Shown: piece after piece, positions 27,169 to 32,000 of the stretch
Position numbering within the stretch: position 1 is the stretch's first letter
Layout of the letters: each line of letters starts with the position of its first letter
From: Nanobdella aerobiophila
GTDB lineage: Archaea > Nanobdellota > Nanobdellia > Nanobdellales > Nanobdellaceae
Direction: 5' to 3'
DNA length: 32,000 nt
Assembly: GCF_023169545.1 (NCBI RefSeq)
Contig: NZ_AP019769.1
Span: 270,001 to 302,000 of the forward strand
Notes under the pieces: model-generated
What the model saw: only the letters and a program-made list of their open reading frames with translations
Told to the model about the DNA's origin: nothing
Database searches by the model: none
Position numbers and translations under genes: made by a program

Positions 27169-27498
27169 ACCTATATTAAGTTTGTAAGAATTATAAGGAT
27201 ATAATATTATATACGCTAAAGGACATTAAAAAATTTTTAACGTTCTATATAATATATAACTTTATAGATAATATATTCCCATAATATAATGCACACTAGA
27301 AAACAATATATTGTACAAGTGTTGTAAGTTATGAGTGTAATAAGTATAATGTATGATTTGTATCCCTCAATGAAGAAATTAAATAACTTTATATAATATT
27401 TTTATTTAAATTTATTTAACAAATTTATATAATGTTATATAATTGTCTACACATATTTAAAGTGAAGATTTATAAATAAACAAAATCAAAATTCATTT

Positions 27499-27963
27499 AT
27501 GAAAATAGAAAAGCTATTGGAAGAATATAAAGGAGATAATATTTTTGAAAAAATATCAAAATATTGGTTTGATTTAATTAAACATATTGATGATAAAAAG
27601 GTGATTGTTTTTGATGAAAAAACAATAACAATTTATATACAAGATAAAAATGAATTCATGAATTTATGGTCTTGGTTAATTAATGGTCCATGTTTGGTTT
27701 TGCAAGATGTACATGGATTATTATTTAGTAAAGATATTTGGGAATTTAGAATATTCTATAATTTTACAGATTTATTAGATTTAAATACTGATAGAATTAT
27801 ATTCGTCAAGTTTTCAAATAATTCAAAATTAAATTTAAATCAAGATCTAGAAATTATAAATAAAGTAGAAGAACAATTTGCAATAAGAAATATTAAATGG
27901 GAAGGAACATATATACCTGTAGAAAATCAAGATTATATAGAAAAAATATATGCATTATTTTAA
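27499..27963 (+). CDS. hypothetical protein, 154 aa
   Basis: Complete ORF with balanced composition (MKIEKLLEEYKGDNIFEKISKYWFDLIKHID...). Confidence 0.6.
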   Translation: MKIEKLLEEYKGDNIFEKISKYWFDLIKHIDDKKVIVFDEKTITIYIQDKNEFMNLWSWLINGPCLVLQDVHGLLFSKDIWEFRIFYNFTDLLDLNTDRIIFVKFSNNSKLNLNQDLEIINKVEEQFAIRNIKWEGTYIPVENQDYIEKIYALF

Positions 27964-28377
27964 TTCAATAATATTTGACTCATTCATATAGTTATTACTA
28001 TTAAGATCTCCATTTAATATAATAATTTTTTCAATAAAATCCATAGTTTTCGGAATTCTTTCCTCATCATCTTCTTCTCTGGATCTTTCAGCCTTTTTAT
28101 TACTAATTATTTCTATATATTTGTATCATAACTAATTAATTCAAACATATTAAAAAAGTCTTTCAAGAATACTTCATAAACTTCTTTTATATTTTTATCT
28201 GGGATAAAATTCCTTATATTCTCCTTTATTAAATAAAACATGTAAAGATTCTTCAAGACCAAATAAACTTGTATACGAATCTTTTTTCTTCGGATAATAT
28301 TTATTATTTTTTAGTTTATCATTATTATATAAAAATATAATAATAGTTGACGTATCATAATATATTTTATCATTCAT
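27955..28377 (-). pseudogene. PIN-domain-like protein with two apparent frameshifts
   Basis: Frame 1 MNDKIYYDTSTIIIFLYNND...ESLHVLFNKGEY, frame 2 NFIPDKNIKEVYEVFLKDFFNMFELISYDTN, frame 3 YIEIISNKKAERSREEDDEERIPKTMDFIEKIIILNGDLNSNNYMNESNIIELK*. Total 423 nt, about the size of a PIN protein. Confidence 0.55.
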
Positions 28378-29053
28378 TTTTTATTTCTTCTAATGTATTT
28401 AAAACTTCAATTAATTCATCTGTAGACAATTCTCTAGTATGTGGTTTATATCCAATTATTTCATTAACACTCTTCGCTAAATGATTTATAAATTCAAAAT
28501 ATTTTACAAAGAATTTTTCATCTTTTTTATATAAAGAGTTATACAATAATGATATTGCAAAATATGGTTCTATCCCAACTTTTAATCCTAGGAAAAATAA
28601 TTCTTTTTCATCTTTATCTTCTATATTTATTTCTTTTGTATTCAATACTCTATAAAATAAATCAATGTTTATATCTAAAGAAATCTTCGCTAAATATGGT
28701 ATTAAATTCTCTTTAATTCTTATTATATCTAATTCGTCAATAACAATTGTATTGTCTTCTTTGTGATATTTTAGAATATAAGTTATTTCTTTCTCGCTAG
28801 ATATTATTTTTTCATCTATTTTTTCAACTTTAACTATCTTATCTTTATATTTTCTGTAAACTCTATTTGCTATTTTTCTAAAATAATTGTCATCAGTAAT
28901 TATTTTATAACTTACATTATATATTTTATCTAAGTTTTCTGGAAATCTATCTTTAACTCCTAATTTTCTTACTAGATAATCAATATCTTTAATGTTAGAT
29001 ATATTTATAGTTATTTCACCAGTTCCTGATGCAAAAATGTGATTAGACAACAA
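28370..29053 (-). CDS. hypothetical protein, 227 aa, overlaps the start of the PIN-like ORF
   Basis: Complete ORF, 8-nt overlap with the downstream PIN-like gene. Confidence 0.65.
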   Translation of the reverse strand: MLSNHIFASGTGEITINISNIKDIDYLVRKLGVKDRFPENLDKIYNVSYKIITDDNYFRKIANRVYRKYKDKIVKVEKIDEKIISSEKEITYILKYHKEDNTIVIDELDIIRIKENLIPYLAKISLDINIDLFYRVLNTKEINIEDKDEKELFFLGLKVGIEPYFAISLLYNSLYKKDEKFFVKYFEFINHLAKSVNEIIGYKPHTRELSTDELIEVLNTLEEIKNE

Positions 29054-29248
29054 TAAACCATTATTTAGTATATTGACATTTTCTATATAATAATAATGTT
29101 TTTTAACCTAATAAGTGAGTAAGTGGAAAATTTATAAAGTATATAAAACATATAATTACCTATAACAGCTTATTCATTTTTAAATATAAAAAGACTTTTA
29201 AAATAGCAAATTTTATTAAAAATACATTGTAATCATTACATATTTTAA

Positions 29249-29274
29249 AGATCCAGAAACATTATATTGGATCT
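29249..29274. terminator. hairpin just 3' of the PEP-utilizing enzyme gene (possible 3'-end element)
   Basis: AGATCCA (29249-29255) and TGGATCT (29268-29274) form a perfect 7-bp stem with a 12-nt loop, 20 nt beyond the stop codon. Confidence 0.3.
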
Positions 29275-29293
29275 ATCTTATTATTATAAATAT

Positions 29294-30925
29294 TCAATAT
29301 AATTTATCAACATCAATTAATAATACTAAATCAGATGTATAATATTTTTTATCTATACCTTTTTTCCTATACTTTTTATATATTTCATCTAGTAAATCAT
29401 ATATTTTAATTAACTCTGGTATGGTATATTTTTCTGTTTCTTTAACAAATTCCAAAAATTCTTTATTGTTCACAAATTTTTGCCCGTATTCGGATATAAT
29501 AATATTACTATGTATCCTAATGAAAGCATAAGTTTTTTGCGCATAATATAAATCTTTACTTTTTTCAGCAATTTTATAATATCCTTTTATTTTTTCTTCT
29601 AATTCTTTATATAAATTCTTTATTCCACTAATATCATTATTGTCTACTAATCCTATTGCCTTTTCATAATAATTTTTAACCTCAGAATCTATTAAAGATA
29701 GTTCTTTTATAACTGAGTAAGTATGCCAAGTATCTACTCCTCCGTCTACCAAAGGATCTTCAGATATTTTTGTTAATTTATCAATTCCTCTTTCATCTCT
29801 ATAAAATAAGATCCTATAAGAATCTTTAGGATAAATTAAAAAAGCATATTTATCTATAATAACCAAATCTAACTTTCTTGGATTATATACTTCAATATTT
29901 TTGTTTATCTTTGGTAATTCAAAACCTTTCCTTTCCAAAAATCCTATTTCTCCAGTTTCTCCATTAATTTCTATTAATTCGCCTTCTTTAAATATGTTAT
30001 TTGATATTCCAACAATTGCTGGAACATTATATTCTCTCGCATGAATCGCTACATGTGATAATAAACTTCCTAATTCTATTATTATCCCACCAAATTTATT
30101 AATTAAATATATATCATCATATGCTAACTCATCTGTTACTAATATTTTATCTTTTCCAATATTATTATAGTCAAATGTTACTCTCCCAATTATCTTTCCA
30201 TAAGAAACTCCAATACCATATGTACTTGCTTTACTTATATTTATTTTTCTTGTTAATGGCCTTATTTGTAATAAATAGAAATCTCCTTTATATAATACAA
30301 ATTCTGCATCATATGGATGATATATTTTTCTCAATATTTTATCAATTTCTCTTATTTTATTTATTTCATAATCAAATAATATTTTCCAATTTCTATCATT
30401 ATAATATATATAACTGTCTGGATAAATTATGTAAAGATCTCTTATTTTTGCTCTACCAGATGTTATACCTGTAGGATCATTTACTGTTACTTCTATTATA
30501 ATTTTATCATTGAATCCAAAAATTACTCCAAATTTTCCTTTTGTAAATTGTTCCTGTATTAATATATTCATCTTTACATCTCTTATTCCGAATTTTTCAG
30601 CATTTTTTGAAGAATTTAATATTCTTTCTATTGCATTTTTCATATCTTCTCTATTATATATATTTAATATAGATTCGAATACACCTGCTAAAGATAAGTC
30701 TTTCAAATCCTCTAAATTTGCAGAACTTCTAAATATTAATGGTCTACGATAATCTTTTAATTTATTTTCTAATTCGTTCAATATATCTTCAATATTATAT
30801 TTTTTAATTGAATCATAAGGTAGGACAATGGATTTTGGAACATTTATTCCCATTTTTTTTGCTTTATATAAATTTGCAGCTTTATTTCCTACAGTATTTG
30901 AATCCTCAGATAATTCTATTATCAT
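29294..30925 (-). CDS. PEP-synthase/PPDK-like enzyme: ATP-grasp plus phosphohistidine domain, no TIM barrel
   Basis: VGNKAANLYKAKKMGINVPKSIVL, PLIFRSSANLEDLKDLSLAGVFESIL, YDAEFVLYKGDFYLLQIRPLTR, IIIELGSLLSHVAIHAREYNVPAIVGI. The C-terminal ~230 aa is not a PEP-binding barrel. Confidence 0.82.
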   Translation of the reverse strand: MIIELSEDSNTVGNKAANLYKAKKMGINVPKSIVLPYDSIKKYNIEDILNELENKLKDYRRPLIFRSSANLEDLKDLSLAGVFESILNIYNREDMKNAIERILNSSKNAEKFGIRDVKMNILIQEQFTKGKFGVIFGFNDKIIIEVTVNDPTGITSGRAKIRDLYIIYPDSYIYYNDRNWKILFDYEINKIREIDKILRKIYHPYDAEFVLYKGDFYLLQIRPLTRKINISKASTYGIGVSYGKIIGRVTFDYNNIGKDKILVTDELAYDDIYLINKFGGIIIELGSLLSHVAIHAREYNVPAIVGISNNIFKEGELIEINGETGEIGFLERKGFELPKINKNIEVYNPRKLDLVIIDKYAFLIYPKDSYRILFYRDERGIDKLTKISEDPLVDGGVDTWHTYSVIKELSLIDSEVKNYYEKAIGLVDNNDISGIKNLYKELEEKIKGYYKIAEKSKDLYYAQKTYAFIRIHSNIIISEYGQKFVNNKEFLEFVKETEKYTIPELIKIYDLLDEIYKKYRKKGIDKKYYTSDLVLLIDVDKLY

Positions 30926-30991
30926 ATCTAAACTATTAATTATTCTATATTTTTAAATATATGATAAATTTCAATGTAAAATTTAGATCAA

Positions 30992-31530
30992 TTATTTAAA
31001 TCCCTCTAAATATAAATCAATTATTTTCTTAAATTTTAATGCACTTTTATCCCAAGAGAAATTTTTATAATATTCAATTGCATTTTTACTCATTTTAATA
31101 AATAATTCATTATTTGTCAATAATTCAATAATTTTATTTGGCTTAATTCTTTTATATTATTATTTTCAACTAAAAAATTGATAATTATTTTTTATAGAAT
31201 CTCTTAATCCTCTTACATTATAAACCAACAGAAACACAACCATTATGTATTTCCCTCAATAATACTTATTTCCCATCCTTCAACAACAGATGTCATAATA
31301 ACAATTTTTGGTTTATATTTAAATAATTTAAATATTGAAAATAAAGATATTAAAGTTGGTAAATAATCTTATTCCAACTCTTAGTATTTTAATATTTTCC
31401 AAATCTTCAAAATTATTTAAGTTTTTATTCTTTGATGTAAAAAATAATATTTTATTATATTAAAAATATATGTTTCTGCACCATCAGATCTTCTATGTTT
31501 TTTATCTCTCCAATTATATATAAATATCAT
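30992..31530 (-). pseudogene. GT4-family glycosyltransferase remnant with internal deletions and frameshifts
   Basis: ATG at 31530 reads MIFIYNWRDKKHRRSDGAETYIFNIIKY, then in other frames FFTSKNKNLNNFEDLENIKILRVGI, KPKIVIMTSVVEGWEISIIEGN, NVRGLRDSIK and MSKNAIEYYKNFSWDKSALKFKKIIDLYLEGFK*. About 540 nt where a full gene is near 1.1 kb. Confidence 0.8.
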
Positions 31531-32000
31531 TTTACTTTTGAATATATTTTTCCTTCAGCAGGTTTTAATTTATTTAACATAAATCTAAATGGAGAATAAT
31601 AAATTCTTATTTTAGTTAAAGAAAAGAACATTGCAGAAATATTTTTTAATAATTTTTTAATAAATATAGATTCTTCATCATATTTCCAATATACATATAT
31701 TTTATTAATTGAAGATCTATGATAAAATGCATCTACAAACATATTACTATCATATGCAAAGCCTGTTATAATTGAATTATTTACAAAATAATATGCAGTT
31801 CTATAATTAAATCCTTTATACCCACTTTGTATATCATCGATCAATAATGTTTCTGGTAATAAAATCCAATTTAATAAAACGTATATCTTTGATAATATTT
31901 TTCTATACAATGGATAATTTTTAATTAATCTTTTTGTATAAACAAAATCGTATTTATTTAATTTTTCTCTTATTTTTTTAATTCCTAAATAATCTATCGA
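31527..32000 (-). CDS. partial GT2-family (dolichyl-phosphate-mannose-synthase-like) glycosyltransferase, extends past window
   Basis: LLIDDIQSGYKGFNYRTAYYFVNNSIITGFAYDSNMFVDAFYH; frame stays open upstream of the track's TTG start (SIDYLGIKKIREKLNKYDFVYTKRLIKNYPLYRKIL). The stop overlaps the GT4 ATG. Confidence 0.6.
   Translation of the reverse strand, partial: SIDYLGIKKIREKLNKYDFVYTKRLIKNYPLYRKILSKIYVLLNWILLPETLLIDDIQSGYKGFNYRTAYYFVNNSIITGFAYDSNMFVDAFYHRSSINKIYVYWKYDEESIFIKKLLKNISAMFFSLTKIRIYYSPFRFMLNKLKPAEGKIYSKVK

Noticed and set aside
30121-30752. Plus-strand ORFs 30121-30474 and 30510-30752
   Set aside because: Antisense to the PEP-utilizing enzyme; L/Y/F-rich shadow ORFs.
1-32000. Mobile element, CRISPR-Cas or prophage
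   Set aside because: I found no transposase, integrase, Cas, or phage structural motif, and no regular direct repeats or long terminal inverted repeats by eye.

Overview
This 32 kb window is very AT-rich and clearly archaeal. Compact housekeeping genes, short intergenic gaps and several overlapping ends are consistent with a small-genome DPANN/Nanoarchaeota-like organism (inference). The left ~23.7 kb is mostly intact core genes: metallophosphoesterase, Atp23-like HELIHAYD metallopeptidase, intron-containing tRNA-Met, uS11, an intact DHH phosphoesterase, tRNA-Thr(CGT), an ASCH-domain protein, a RecJ/GAN/Cdc45-like DHH protein with altered catalytic motifs, uS15, a PEBP-family protein, a C/D-box sRNA, archease, SecF, two tandem Tyr/Asn-rich surface proteins (LamG-like, then DUF2341 + PA14-like), an Rpp30-like protein, Bud32, an MNT(-HEPN-like) protein, PheS, PheT, an eS26-like protein, tRNA-Cys(GCA) and SerRS. 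The right ~8 kb looks accessory and partly decayed. It holds a RelE-like toxin behind an unusually long partner, an FkbM methyltransferase with one in-frame TAA, a GT2 glycosyltransferase remnant, a PIN-like ORF with two apparent frameshifts, a compact PEP-utilizing enzyme without its TIM barrel, a heavily deleted GT4 remnant and a partial GT2 gene at the edge. I saw no CRISPR array or transposase. Best second-look items are the degenerate Cdc45/GAN-like protein, the Atp23-like peptidase, the Rpp30-like protein, the tandem surface proteins, the C/D sRNA guides, the RelE operon and the decayed glycan/methyltransferase island.
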